From Pseudomonadota bacterium (GTDB lineage: Bacteria > Pseudomonadota > Gammaproteobacteria > Steroidobacterales > Steroidobacteraceae): DNA of 64,000 bases. The stretch is from contig JAFEDR010000013.1 of assembly GCA_018241525.1 (NCBI GenBank), positions 9,170-73,169 of the forward strand. Direction: 5' to 3'. Below are positions 45,662-55,311 of this stretch, piece after piece; within the stretch, counting starts at the first letter, position 1, and every line of letters begins with the position of its first letter. The translations under genes and the position numbers were made by a program. Under the pieces are notes generated by a model. It did not search any database and was not told the DNA's origin. It saw only the letters and a program-made list of their open reading frames with translations.

Positions 45662-46499
45662 GGCCTGGCCGCGCATCGCGCTGATCGGTGGCGGCCAGAT
45701 GGCGCGTGCGCTGATCGGCGGCTGGGTCGCGCGCGGCGCGCCGGCGAGCTCGATCGCGGTCGCCGACCCGATCGCGGCGCAGCGCGAATGGCTCGCGGCC
45801 GCGCACCCGCGCGTGCGGCTGTGCGCCGAGAACGAGGCGGCGGTGCGCGACGCCGCGGTCTGGGTGCTGGCCGTGAAGCCGCAGTTCCTCGAGGCGGCGG
45901 TGCGGCCGCTCGCGGGCATCGCCACGCGCGAGCGCCCGCTCGTGATCTCGATCGCCGCCGGCGTGCGGGGCGGCGACATCGGTCGCTGGCTCGGCGGCGC
46001 CACCGACGTGGTGCGCGCGATGCCGAACCGGCCGGCGCTGATCGGCGCGGGCGTCAGCGCGCTGTACGCCGGCGCCGAGGTCGCTGCGGCGCCCCGCGCG
46101 CTCGCGACCCGGCTGATCGAGGCGGTCGGCAGTGCGGTCTGGGTCGAGCGCGAGGCGCAGCTCGATGCGGTCACCGCGGTCTCGGGCAGCGGGCCGGCGT
46201 ACTTCTTCCTGCTGATCGAGCTGCTCGAGGCGGCGGCGATCGCCGAGGGGCTCGACGCCGCCGTCGCCCGCCGGCTCGCGATCGACACCGCGGCAGGCGC
46301 CGCGGCGCTCGCGCAGAATTCCGGCGACGATCCGCCGACCCTGCGCCAGCAGGTCACCTCGAAGGGCGGCACGACCGCCGCGGCGCTCGCGGTATTCGAC
46401 GAGGCCGATCTCCGTGGTATCGTCGCCCGCGCCGTCGCGGCCGCGGCGCGCCGTGCGCGCGAGATGGCCGAGGAATTCGGGAGCGCCGGCCGCGACTGA
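45645..46499 (+). CDS. proC: Pyrroline-5-carboxylate reductase
   Basis: ORF 45594..46499 trimmed to ATG 45645 (IALIGGGQMARALIGG...). Motifs are VRAMPNRPALIG, SGSGPAYFF and VTSKGGTT. Confidence 0.9.
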   Translation: MNPRTEAWPRIALIGGGQMARALIGGWVARGAPASSIAVADPIAAQREWLAAAHPRVRLCAENEAAVRDAAVWVLAVKPQFLEAAVRPLAGIATRERPLVISIAAGVRGGDIGRWLGGATDVVRAMPNRPALIGAGVSALYAGAEVAAAPRALATRLIEAVGSAVWVEREAQLDAVTAVSGSGPAYFFLLIELLEAAAIAEGLDAAVARRLAIDTAAGAAALAQNSGDDPPTLRQQVTSKGGTTAAALAVFDEADLRGIVARAVAAAARRAREMAEEFGSAGRD

Positions 46500-46514
46500 C
46501 CGGGCGGGAAGACC

Positions 46515-47078
46515 ATGCGCGAGCTGCTGTTCATCGCCGACTGGATATTTGCCTTCGTGGTCGGCCTGTTCCTGCTGCGGCTGCTGTTCCAGCTGGTGCG
46601 CAGCGACTTCCGCAACCCCTTCGTGCAGGCGCTGCTGCGGCTCACGAACCCCGTGATCCTGCCGCTGCGCCGCGTCCTGCCGCCGATCGGCAGGGTCGAC
46701 ACCGCCTCGGTGGTCGCGGTGCTGCTGATGCAGGTGCTGGCGACCGTGGTGCTGACGGCACTGATGGGCCTCGGCCTGCCCTCGCCGCTCGGGCTGCTCG
46801 CCCGCGCGGTCCTCGCGCTCGCCGACACCACGCTGTCGCTCTACGTGATCGCGCTGATCGGCTACGTGCTGCTCAGCTGGGTCGCCCCCGACGGCTACAA
46901 CCCGGTCGCCCGGGTGGTCTCGGACCTCGTGGCGCCGGTGCTGCGGCCGTTGCGGCGCACGCTGCCGACCCTGGGCGGGCTCGACCTGTCGCCGGCGGTG
47001 GCACTGCTGCTGCTCGCGGTGCTGCGCATGGTGCTCAACGACCGGATCGCGCCGCAGCTGCTGACCTGGCTGCGATGA
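46515..47078 (+). CDS. yggT: YggT family membrane protein
   Basis: 187-aa ORF with two YGGT-type repeats (NPFVQALLRLTNPVILPLRRVLP... / NPVARVVSDLVAPVLRPLRRTLP...) and four hydrophobic helices. Confidence 0.85.
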   Translation: MRELLFIADWIFAFVVGLFLLRLLFQLVRSDFRNPFVQALLRLTNPVILPLRRVLPPIGRVDTASVVAVLLMQVLATVVLTALMGLGLPSPLGLLARAVLALADTTLSLYVIALIGYVLLSWVAPDGYNPVARVVSDLVAPVLRPLRRTLPTLGGLDLSPAVALLLLAVLRMVLNDRIAPQLLTWLR

Positions 47079-47374
47079 CCGCCTGGCACCGCTGGGACGG
47101 TGCCGACCTGCTGCTCCGCCTGCGGGTCCAGCCGCGCGCCTCGCGCGACGAGCTGCGCCTCGAGGGCGATCGGCTGCGCGTGCGGATCACCGCTCCGCCG
47201 GTCGACGGCGCCGCGAACCGCCACCTGCTGCGCTTCCTCGCCGCGGAATTCGGCGTCGCGCCGTCGCGCGCGACGCTGCTGCGCGGCACGAGCGGCCGCG
47301 AGAAGGAAGTGCGGATCGCCGCGCCGGCGCGCATACCGTCGTCGATTGCCGACTCCTTGCACGACCGCCATTGA
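47075..47374 (+). CDS. yggU: DUF167 family protein (YggU-like)
   Basis: 99 codons from ATG 47075 (ATGA overlap with the yggT stop): LLLRLRVQPRASRDELRLEGDRLRVRITAPPVDGAANRHLLRFLAAEFGVAPSRATLLRGTSGREKEV. This is the last part of shadow ORF 45788..47374. Confidence 0.85.
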   Translation: MTAWHRWDGADLLLRLRVQPRASRDELRLEGDRLRVRITAPPVDGAANRHLLRFLAAEFGVAPSRATLLRGTSGREKEVRIAAPARIPSSIADSLHDRH

Positions 47375-47579
47375 GCAAGAAACATCGGAAAAACTAGTGG
47401 AATTGCGCGAGTCCTGTGTTATTGTCGCGCGCGATTGAAGAAGGGGACCCTCGGCTTTCGCTGGTTTTTCAGCCTTTCGGCGCTGCCGGCTCGGATTCCG
47501 CGAGCGGCGCAAGCTCGGATGGGCGCGAAGATTCCGCGCTAAGACGACGGTTCACATCGAAAACCCACAGGAGAACACA

Positions 47580-47891
47580 ATGGCGAAAAAGAACGCGGCA
47601 CCGACCAAGTCCGAAATTCTCGCGCACGTCGCGAAGGACACGGAGCTGTCGAAGAAGCAGGTCGGCGCTGTTTTCGAGTCGCTGAACGGCATCATCAAGA
47701 AGAGCCTGCGCGGCGGTGGCCTGTTCACGATCCCGGGCCTGCTGAAGCTCCGGGTCGTCAAGAAGCCCGCCACCAAGGCGCGCGAGGGCGTCAACCCGTT
47801 CACGGGCGAGAAGATGATGTTCAAGGCGAAGCCGGCCTCGAAGAAGGTCCGTGCCGTCGCCCTGAAGTCGCTCAAGTCGATGGTGAACTGA
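47580..47891 (+). CDS. HU-family histone-like DNA-binding protein
   Basis: 103-aa Lys-rich ORF with KSEILAHVAKDTELSKKQVGAVFESL...G.F.IPGL..L.VVKKPATKAREGVNPFTGE...KPA, the HU/IHF fold pattern. SD GGAGAA lies upstream and a terminator downstream. Confidence 0.9.
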   Translation: MAKKNAAPTKSEILAHVAKDTELSKKQVGAVFESLNGIIKKSLRGGGLFTIPGLLKLRVVKKPATKAREGVNPFTGEKMMFKAKPASKKVRAVALKSLKSMVN

Positions 47892-47929
47892 GCCGACGCG
47901 CGCCGGGCTCGCCCGGCGCGACCGTAAGA

Positions 47930-47958
47930 AGCCGGGGCCCTGCCCCGGCTTTTTCGTT
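47930..47958 (+). terminator. Rho-independent terminator after the HU gene
   Basis: The stem AGCCGGGGC / GCCCCGGCT has a 3-nt loop and is followed by TTTTCGTTTC. A second GC hairpin, CGCGCCGGG-CTCG-CCCGGCGCG, lies at 47898-47919. Confidence 0.7.
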
Positions 47959-47972
47959 TCCGGGGTCCGCGT

Positions 47973-48631
47973 TCAGCGCCCGAGGTGCGCCTGGACCAGG
48001 TCCTTGAGCTCGTGCAGCCGGCCGTGGAAGAAGTGCTCGGCGCCGGCCAGGATCTCGACCACCGGCGGCGGCGACAGCTGCCGGGTCCACTCGAGCACGC
48101 GCCGGTGGTCGACCAGCTCGTCGCGGTCCCCCTGGATCACGATCCACGGCACGGTCGGTGCCGGGAAGCGCTCGAAGTCGAAGCGTCCGACCGGCGGCGC
48201 GATCGTGTAGAGCCGGACCGCCGGCCGGCGCGCCGCAGCACAGTAGGCGACGAACGAGCCGAACGAGAAGCCGGCGAGCGTCAGGCGCGAGCCCGGCCAG
48301 CGGGCGAGCGCCGCGTCGATCACCGCGAGCGCGTCCTCGGTCTCGCCGCGCCCGTCGTCGAAGCTCCCCTCGCTCGCACCGACGCCGCGGAAGTTGAAGC
48401 GGATCGTCGCGACGCCGCGCTCCTGCATCGCGCGCGCGGTCGTGTGCACGACCTTGTTCTGCATCGTGCCGCCGTGCAGCGGATGCGGGTGGCAGACGAC
48501 CCCGCAGTCGCGGCCATCGAAGCCCTCGGGCACCTCGACCAGCGCCTCGAGCGTCCCGGCCGGGCCGGCGACCGCGAGCTTCTCGGGCGACGGCGGCCGG
48601 AACGGCCGCGTCGCCGCCGCCGCATCGTCGT

Positions 48632-48635
<4 letters not shown>
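47973..48635 (-). CDS. Alpha/beta hydrolase fold protein (no signal peptide)
   Basis: 220 codons from GTG 48635 (GTGA overlap with the upstream stop). Motifs are [18 protein letters not shown], the nucleophile elbow GFSFGS, GDRDELV and a C-terminal H in AEHFFHG. This is the C-terminal part of shadow ORF 47973..49691. Confidence 0.8.
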
Positions 48636-49924
<1,289 letters not shown>

Positions 49925-49969
49925 CGCGTGTCCCCCGTATTCCCGCCGGCGGCGGCCGGCGCGCGGCCA

Positions 49970-51886
49970 TTATGACTTCATCGGGGCGGGCGCGCCGCCG
50001 AGCAGCAGCCGATTGAGGCGACGCACGAAGGCCGCGGGCTCGTCGAGCTGCCCGCCCTCGGCCAGCGTCGCCTGGTCGAGCAGCAGCGCCGCGAAGTCGC
50101 GGAAGTCCTCGCCGTCGGCGAGCCGCTCGAGGCGCTGCACGAGCGGGTGTGCCGGGTTGATCTCGAGCGTCGGCCGCTTCGCGGCCGGCGCCTGGCCGGC
50201 GGCTTCGAGCAGCTTGCGCAGCTGGGCGCCGACCTCGTCGGCGGCGCGCACCAGGCAGGCCGGCGACTCGGCCAGGCGCTGCGTGACCCGCACCGCCTCG
50301 ACCCGGCCGGAGAGCGCCTCGCGCAGCCGGCCGCAGAGCGCGAGCGCCGCCTCGGCGCCCGCGGCGTCCGCGGCCTGTTCCGCCGGCGTCTCAAGCTCGC
50401 CGAGGTCGAGGTCGCCGCGGCCGGCGTCGCGGAACGTGCGTCCCTCGTACTCGCCGAGGTAGCCGGTCATCCACTCGTCGATGCGGTCGTGCAGCAGCAG
50501 CACCTCGATGCCCATCTGCCGCAGCCGCTCGAGGTGCGGGCTCTGGCGCGCGGCGTTCCAGGTGTCGGCCAGCACGTAGTAGAGGTGCTTCTGGCCGGGA
50601 CGCAGCCGGCCGACCACGTCGTCGAGCGACTGGTCCTGGACCTCGCGCTCGGTCGCGGTGGTCGCGAAGCGCAGCAGCTTGGCGATCCGCTCGCGGTTGG
50701 CCGGGTCCTCGGCGATGCCCTCCTTCAGCACCTGGCCGAACTCCTTCCAGAAGCCGGCGAACTTCTCGGGCTCGTCCTTGGCGAGCTTGGCGAGCAGGTC
50801 GAGCACGCGGCGGGTGATGCCGGCGCGCATCGCCTCGACCTCGGCGTCCTGCTGCAGCAGCTCGCGCGAGACGTTCAGCGGCAGGTCGCTCGAGTCGACG
50901 ACGCCCTTGACGAAGCGCAGGTACAGCGGCAGGAACTGCTCGGCGTCGTCGAGGATGAAGACGCGCCGCACGTAGAGCTTGAGGCCGCGGGCCGCGTCGC
51001 GGTGCCACAGGTCGAACGGTGCGCGCGACGGCAGGTAGAGCAGCGTCGTGTACTCGCGCTTGCCCTCGACGCGGTGGTGCGACCAGGCGAGCGGCGCGCC
51101 GAAGTCGTGCGCCACGTGCTGGTAGAACTCGCGGTACTCGTCGTCCTGGATCTCCGTGCGCGGCCGGGTCCAGAGCGCCTGCGCGCTGTTGACCGCCTCG
51201 CGCCGCGCAGGCGCGGGGGCCGCCGCCTCGCCGCCCGGCGCCGCGGCCATCCGCACCGGGAACGCGATGTGGTCGGAGTAGCGCTTGACGAGGCCGCGCA
51301 GGCGCCAGGCGTCGGCGAACTCGACCGCGTCCTCCTTGAGGTGCAGCACCACCCGCGTGCCGCGCTGCTCGAGCGGCTCGTTCTCGACCGTGAACTCGCC
51401 GGAACCGTCGGAGCTCCAGTGGACCCCCTCGGCGGCCGCGAGCCCGGCGCGCCGGGTATGCACCTCGACCCGCTCGGCGACGATGAACGCCGAGTAGAAG
51501 CCCACGCCGAACTGGCCGATCAGCTGCGCGTCCTTCTGCTGGTCGCCGGACAGCGCCGCGAGGAACTCGGCGGTGCCGGACTTCGCGATCGTGCCAAGGT
51601 GCTCGATGACCTCGTCGCGGCTCATGCCGACGCCCGAGTCGGTCACGGTCACGGTGCGCGCCGTGGCGTCGAAATCGACGTCGATCGCGAGCTCGGCGCC
51701 GCCGTCGAGCAGCGCGGGCTCCGCCAGCGCCCGGAAGCGCAGCTTGTCGCAGGCGTCCGAGGCGTTCGAGATCAGCTCGCGTAGGAAGATCTCGCGGTTC
51801 GAATACAGGGAATGGATCATCAGGCGAAGCAGCTGCTTCACCTCGGCCTGGAAGCCGCGCGTCTCGCGCTGCGTGGCGCTGGTCAT
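49970..51886 (-). CDS. htpG: Molecular chaperone HtpG (Hsp90)
   Basis: ORF 49970..51958 trimmed to ATG 51886 (MTSATQRETRGFQAEVKQLLRLMIHSLYSNREIFLRELISNASDACDKLRF...). It has GQFGVGFYS and the full Hsp90 length. Confidence 0.95.
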   Translation of the reverse strand: MTSATQRETRGFQAEVKQLLRLMIHSLYSNREIFLRELISNASDACDKLRFRALAEPALLDGGAELAIDVDFDATARTVTVTDSGVGMSRDEVIEHLGTIAKSGTAEFLAALSGDQQKDAQLIGQFGVGFYSAFIVAERVEVHTRRAGLAAAEGVHWSSDGSGEFTVENEPLEQRGTRVVLHLKEDAVEFADAWRLRGLVKRYSDHIAFPVRMAAAPGGEAAAPAPARREAVNSAQALWTRPRTEIQDDEYREFYQHVAHDFGAPLAWSHHRVEGKREYTTLLYLPSRAPFDLWHRDAARGLKLYVRRVFILDDAEQFLPLYLRFVKGVVDSSDLPLNVSRELLQQDAEVEAMRAGITRRVLDLLAKLAKDEPEKFAGFWKEFGQVLKEGIAEDPANRERIAKLLRFATTATEREVQDQSLDDVVGRLRPGQKHLYYVLADTWNAARQSPHLERLRQMGIEVLLLHDRIDEWMTGYLGEYEGRTFRDAGRGDLDLGELETPAEQAADAAGAEAALALCGRLREALSGRVEAVRVTQRLAESPACLVRAADEVGAQLRKLLEAAGQAPAAKRPTLEINPAHPLVQRLERLADGEDFRDFAALLLDQATLAEGGQLDEPAAFVRRLNRLLLGGAPAPMKS

Positions 51887-51958
51887 CGGTACTGCCCCGG
51901 GGTCGTGGTCGGACGCGGCCACGGGCCGCGGCCCGCCGACCGCGGCGGGCGCGCTCAC

Positions 51959-51987
51959 TCTAGGGGCAGAAATCCAGGATGCAAGGG
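51959..51987 (-). promoter_or_regulatory. Sigma-32 (RpoH)-type heat-shock promoter for htpG
   Basis: The reverse strand reads CCCCCTTGCA-tcctggatttctg-CCCCTAGAG. The consensus is CCCTTGAA-N13-15-CCCCATnT. It lies about 70 nt upstream of the htpG start. Confidence 0.5.
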
Positions 51988-52275
51988 GGGCCGCGGGCGC
52001 CCCGGGGGGCCGCTCAGTCGAACAGCATCTCCGCGCGCTGCCGCACCATCAGGACCAGATCGTCGATCTCGTCGAGCAGCAGCAGCAGGACTTCCATGGC
52101 GGCCTCGGTCAGCGGGGGTTCGGCGCCACTCTAGGCGCGCCTCGCGTCCCGGAACCTTGCACCGGATCACAGCTCCTGCGGCCGGCCCCGACCGGGCGTT
52201 GCTTGCGTGGACTGTGCACGGTGCGTACGCTAGTCGGGCATCGCGGCCAAGGCTCTCAGCGGCCGGGGACAGCGG

Positions 52276-52974
52276 ATGACGCGAAAGATAGTCGTCCTCA
52301 ATCCGAAGGGCGGCTCGGGCAAGACCACCTTGGCGACCAATCTGGCCGCCCACTACGCGTCGTCGGGATTCTCGACCACCCTGGTGGACCACGATTCGCA
52401 GGCTTCCAGCACGCGCTGGCTGCGCAAGCGGGCCACGCACCTGCCGGCCATCAACGGCATCGCCGCCTTCGAGAAGAACGCCCGCGTCACGCGCAGCTTC
52501 CTGATGCGCCTGCCGCCGGGCACCACCCGGGTGGTGGTCGATACCTCGGCGGCGATCGCCGCCCAGGACATGCCGGAGCTGGTGCGCGACGCCGATGCGA
52601 TCCTGGTGCCGGTGTTGCCATCCGACATCGACATCCACGCCGCCTCGCGCTGCATCGCCGACCTGCTGCTGGTGGCCAAGGTCAAGCGCCGCGAGCAGCG
52701 CATCGGCGTGGTCGCGAACCGCACCCGCCGCAACACACTCGCGCTGCAGACGCTGCTGCGCTTCCTCGGCACGCTCGACATCCCGGTGGTGGCGACGCTG
52801 CGCGACTCGGCGCATTACCTGCGCACGTCGGAGCAGGGGCTCGGGTTGCACGAGATGAAGGCCTACCTGGTGCGCGAGGACCTCGCGACCTGGCAGCCGC
52901 TGCTCGCCTGGCTCGAGGGTCGGTTCGCGGAGGGCGCGGGCCTGCCGGCCGCCAGCCTCGAGGCGGCGGGCTGA
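52276..52974 (+). CDS. ParA/MinD-superfamily P-loop ATPase, orphan (no ParB-like partner in cis)
   Basis: 232-aa ORF with deviant Walker A VLNPKGGSGKTT (signature Lys present), a DHDSQASS switch region, and VVDTSAA and ILVPVLPSDIDIHAAS motifs. It resembles small ParA/VirC1-type ATPases. Confidence 0.88.
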   Translation: MTRKIVVLNPKGGSGKTTLATNLAAHYASSGFSTTLVDHDSQASSTRWLRKRATHLPAINGIAAFEKNARVTRSFLMRLPPGTTRVVVDTSAAIAAQDMPELVRDADAILVPVLPSDIDIHAASRCIADLLLVAKVKRREQRIGVVANRTRRNTLALQTLLRFLGTLDIPVVATLRDSAHYLRTSEQGLGLHEMKAYLVREDLATWQPLLAWLEGRFAEGAGLPAASLEAAG

Positions 52975-53217
52975 TCAGCCCTTCGGGTCCTTGCCGGGTT
53001 CCCAGCTGCTCTTGACCTTCTCGGCCCAGAGCTTGTAGCTCGCGTAGTTCTGCAGGTTGCGCGTGATCGCCGAATGGCGCGCGGGCGTCGCACGGGACGC
53101 AGGTCGCGGCAACCCGCCGCGCTCGAACCGTCCGGTCATGCCGGTGCCCGCGGACCGGCCGGCCGTGTCGTGCGGCTTGCGGTGCGGCGGAACTCGGGGA
53201 CCTTTGCTGTCGCTCAT
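52975..53217 (-). CDS. Small basic hypothetical protein (80 aa)
   Basis: This is the tail of shadow ORF 52975..54480, downstream of the ppnN stop. From ATG 53217 it reads MSDSKGPRVPPHRKPHDTAGRSAG...AITRNLQNYASYKLWAEKVKSSWEPGKDPKG. Third codon positions are almost all G/C, especially in the last ~35 codons. The SD is weak and I recognise no homolog. Confidence 0.4.
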   Translation of the reverse strand: MSDSKGPRVPPHRKPHDTAGRSAGTGMTGRFERGGLPRPASRATPARHSAITRNLQNYASYKLWAEKVKSSWEPGKDPKG

Positions 53218-53333
53218 GCCCAACACCGGTGAAGGTGACACGGGCAAGGTACTGCCCCGCCCGGCGGCCCTCACAGGAACTGCGTCACAAGGGACCCGGT
53301 ACTGGGTCAAGGATTCGTCCGCGGCAGGGCGGA

Positions 53334-54767
53334 TCAGCTGACGACGCGGTAGACGGGCCGGTACTCGCCGGAGATCTTCATGCGCCGCTGCGCGACGAAC
53401 GAGGCCAGCAGCCCGTCGAGCGCCGCAGCAAGCTTCGGCGAGCCGCGGATCACGAACGGGCCGTGCGCGGTGACCTCGCGGATGCCGTGCTCCTTGACGT
53501 TGCCGGCGACGATCGCCGAGAACGCGCGCCGCAGGTTCGCGGCGCGCGCATGCACCGGCTGCTCGAGGCTGAGGTCGAGCGCCGCGACGCTCGCGTGCGT
53601 GACTTCGAACGGCAGCTGGAACGCCGACGGGATCTGCAGCGTCCAGTTGAAGTTGAACGAGTCGCCGACCTGCCTGCGGTGGCGGCGCACCTGCTCGAGC
53701 CCCGCCACCATCTGCCGCGCGACCTCGGCCGGGTCGTCGACCACGATGCGGTAGCGCGCCTGCGCCGCGGCGCCGAGGGTGAGGCCGATGAACTCGTGGA
53801 TGCGCTCGAGCCAGGGTGCCGAGCGCTGCGGCCCGCTTAGCACCAGCGGCAGCGGCTGGCCGGCATTGGCCGGGTCGAGCAGGATGCCGAGCAGGTACAG
53901 GATCTCCTCGGCCGTGCCGACCCCGCCCGGGAAGATCACGATGCCGTGTGCGATGCGGGCGAACGCCTCGAGCCGCTTCTCGATGTCCGGCATGATCACG
54001 AGGTGGTTGACGATCGGGTTCGGCGACTCGGCCGCCACGATGCCGGGCTCGGTCAGGCCGATGTAGCGGCCGCCGTCGATGCGCTGCTTCGAGTGGCCGA
54101 TCGTCGCGCCCTTCATCGGGCCCTTCATCGCCCCCGGGCCGCAACCGGTGCAGACGCTGAGCCCGCGCAGGCCGAGCTCGTAGCCGACCTGCTTCGAATA
54201 GTCGTATTCCTCGCGCGGGATCGAGTGGCCGCCCCAGCAGACCACGAGGTCCGGCCGGCTGCGGCTGTCGAGCACCCGCGCGTTGCGCAGGATGCAGAAC
54301 ACCGCGTTGGTGATGTCCTCGGGGCGCTGCAGGTTGAAGCGGCCGGACTCGACGATCTCGTTGGCGATGTAGACGATGTCGCGCAGCACCGCGAACAGGT
54401 GCTCCTTGACGCCGCGGATCATCTGGCCGTCGACAAAGGCGACCGCCGGCGCGTTCTTCATCTCGAGCTTGACGCCCCACGACTGGCGCACGATACGGAT
54501 CTCGAAGTCGCGGTACTTCTCGAACAGCGCGGCGGCGTCGTCCTCCTGCGAGCCCGAGTTCAGCACCGCGAGCGCGCAGCGGCGGAACAGCGGGTACAGG
54601 CCCCCCTGGCCGCGGTCCTGCAGCTGCTCCATCTCGCGCTGCGACAGGCTCTCGAGGCTGCCGCGCGGGGTCACCCGCGCATCGACGAAGTCGCTGGCGT
54701 CGAGCTCGACGTCGGCCGCGCTCAAGGCCGGATCTCGATCGGCGTGTTGGCGCGCGTCAGCAGCCAC
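53334..54767 (-). CDS. ppnN: Pyrimidine/purine nucleotide 5'-monophosphate nucleosidase PpnN (LOG family, YgdH-like)
   Basis: 477-aa ORF with VVCWGGHSI, GCGPGAMKGPMKGA and the LOG motif PGGVGTAEE. An alternative TTG start at 54725 would give a TTGA overlap with the ldt stop instead of the 46-nt overlap. Confidence 0.88.
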   Translation of the reverse strand: MAADARQHADRDPALSAADVELDASDFVDARVTPRGSLESLSQREMEQLQDRGQGGLYPLFRRCALAVLNSGSQEDDAAALFEKYRDFEIRIVRQSWGVKLEMKNAPAVAFVDGQMIRGVKEHLFAVLRDIVYIANEIVESGRFNLQRPEDITNAVFCILRNARVLDSRSRPDLVVCWGGHSIPREEYDYSKQVGYELGLRGLSVCTGCGPGAMKGPMKGATIGHSKQRIDGGRYIGLTEPGIVAAESPNPIVNHLVIMPDIEKRLEAFARIAHGIVIFPGGVGTAEEILYLLGILLDPANAGQPLPLVLSGPQRSAPWLERIHEFIGLTLGAAAQARYRIVVDDPAEVARQMVAGLEQVRRHRRQVGDSFNFNWTLQIPSAFQLPFEVTHASVAALDLSLEQPVHARAANLRRAFSAIVAGNVKEHGIREVTAHGPFVIRGSPKLAAALDGLLASFVAQRRMKISGEYRPVYRVVS

Positions 54768-55243
54768 ACCTCGAGCATGTCGTCGTTGCTGAGCGCGATG
54801 CAGCCGTCGGTCCAGTCACTGGTCCGGTAGTAGTCGACCGAACGCTTCGGCACGTTCGGCATGCCGTGGATCATGATCGAGCCACCCGGGCGCCAGTGGT
54901 TGCGGCGCGCGTGCTCGACGTCGAGCGGATCGGGGTAGGACAGGTGGATCGACAGGAAGAAGTCGCTCGAGGGGTTGCGCATGTCGAGGCGGTAGCGGCC
55001 CTCGGGGGTGCGGAAATCTCCCTCGCGCTCCTTGTGGCCGATCGGGTTGAGGCCGAGCGCGACGCGATAGCTCTTGTACGGCTGGCCATCGTGGAGCAGG
55101 TAGAGGCGCCGCTCGCTCTTGACGACCAGCACGGCGTCGGCGGCGCGCAGTTCCTCGCTGGTCGCCTCGACGAGCGCAGGCAGCAGCGCGAGCGCCAGCG
55201 CGAGCAGCCAGCCGCCAGTCGTCCGGGGGGCGACATTGAACAT
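54722..55243 (-). CDS. L,D-transpeptidase (YkuD domain), secreted
   Basis: 173-aa ORF with a signal peptide (GGWLLALALALLPALVEA) and the YkuD catalytic motif IMIHGMPN...SDWTDGCIALSN. Confidence 0.88.
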   Translation of the reverse strand: MFNVAPRTTGGWLLALALALLPALVEATSEELRAADAVLVVKSERRLYLLHDGQPYKSYRVALGLNPIGHKEREGDFRTPEGRYRLDMRNPSSDFFLSIHLSYPDPLDVEHARRNHWRPGGSIMIHGMPNVPKRSVDYYRTSDWTDGCIALSNDDMLEVWLLTRANTPIEIRP

Positions 55244-55311
55244 ATTGGCAGTATACGGGGCCGCCGCGGCCGATGGCCGCGACGCGGTTCACGCCTGCGC
55301 CGGGCCGCGCC

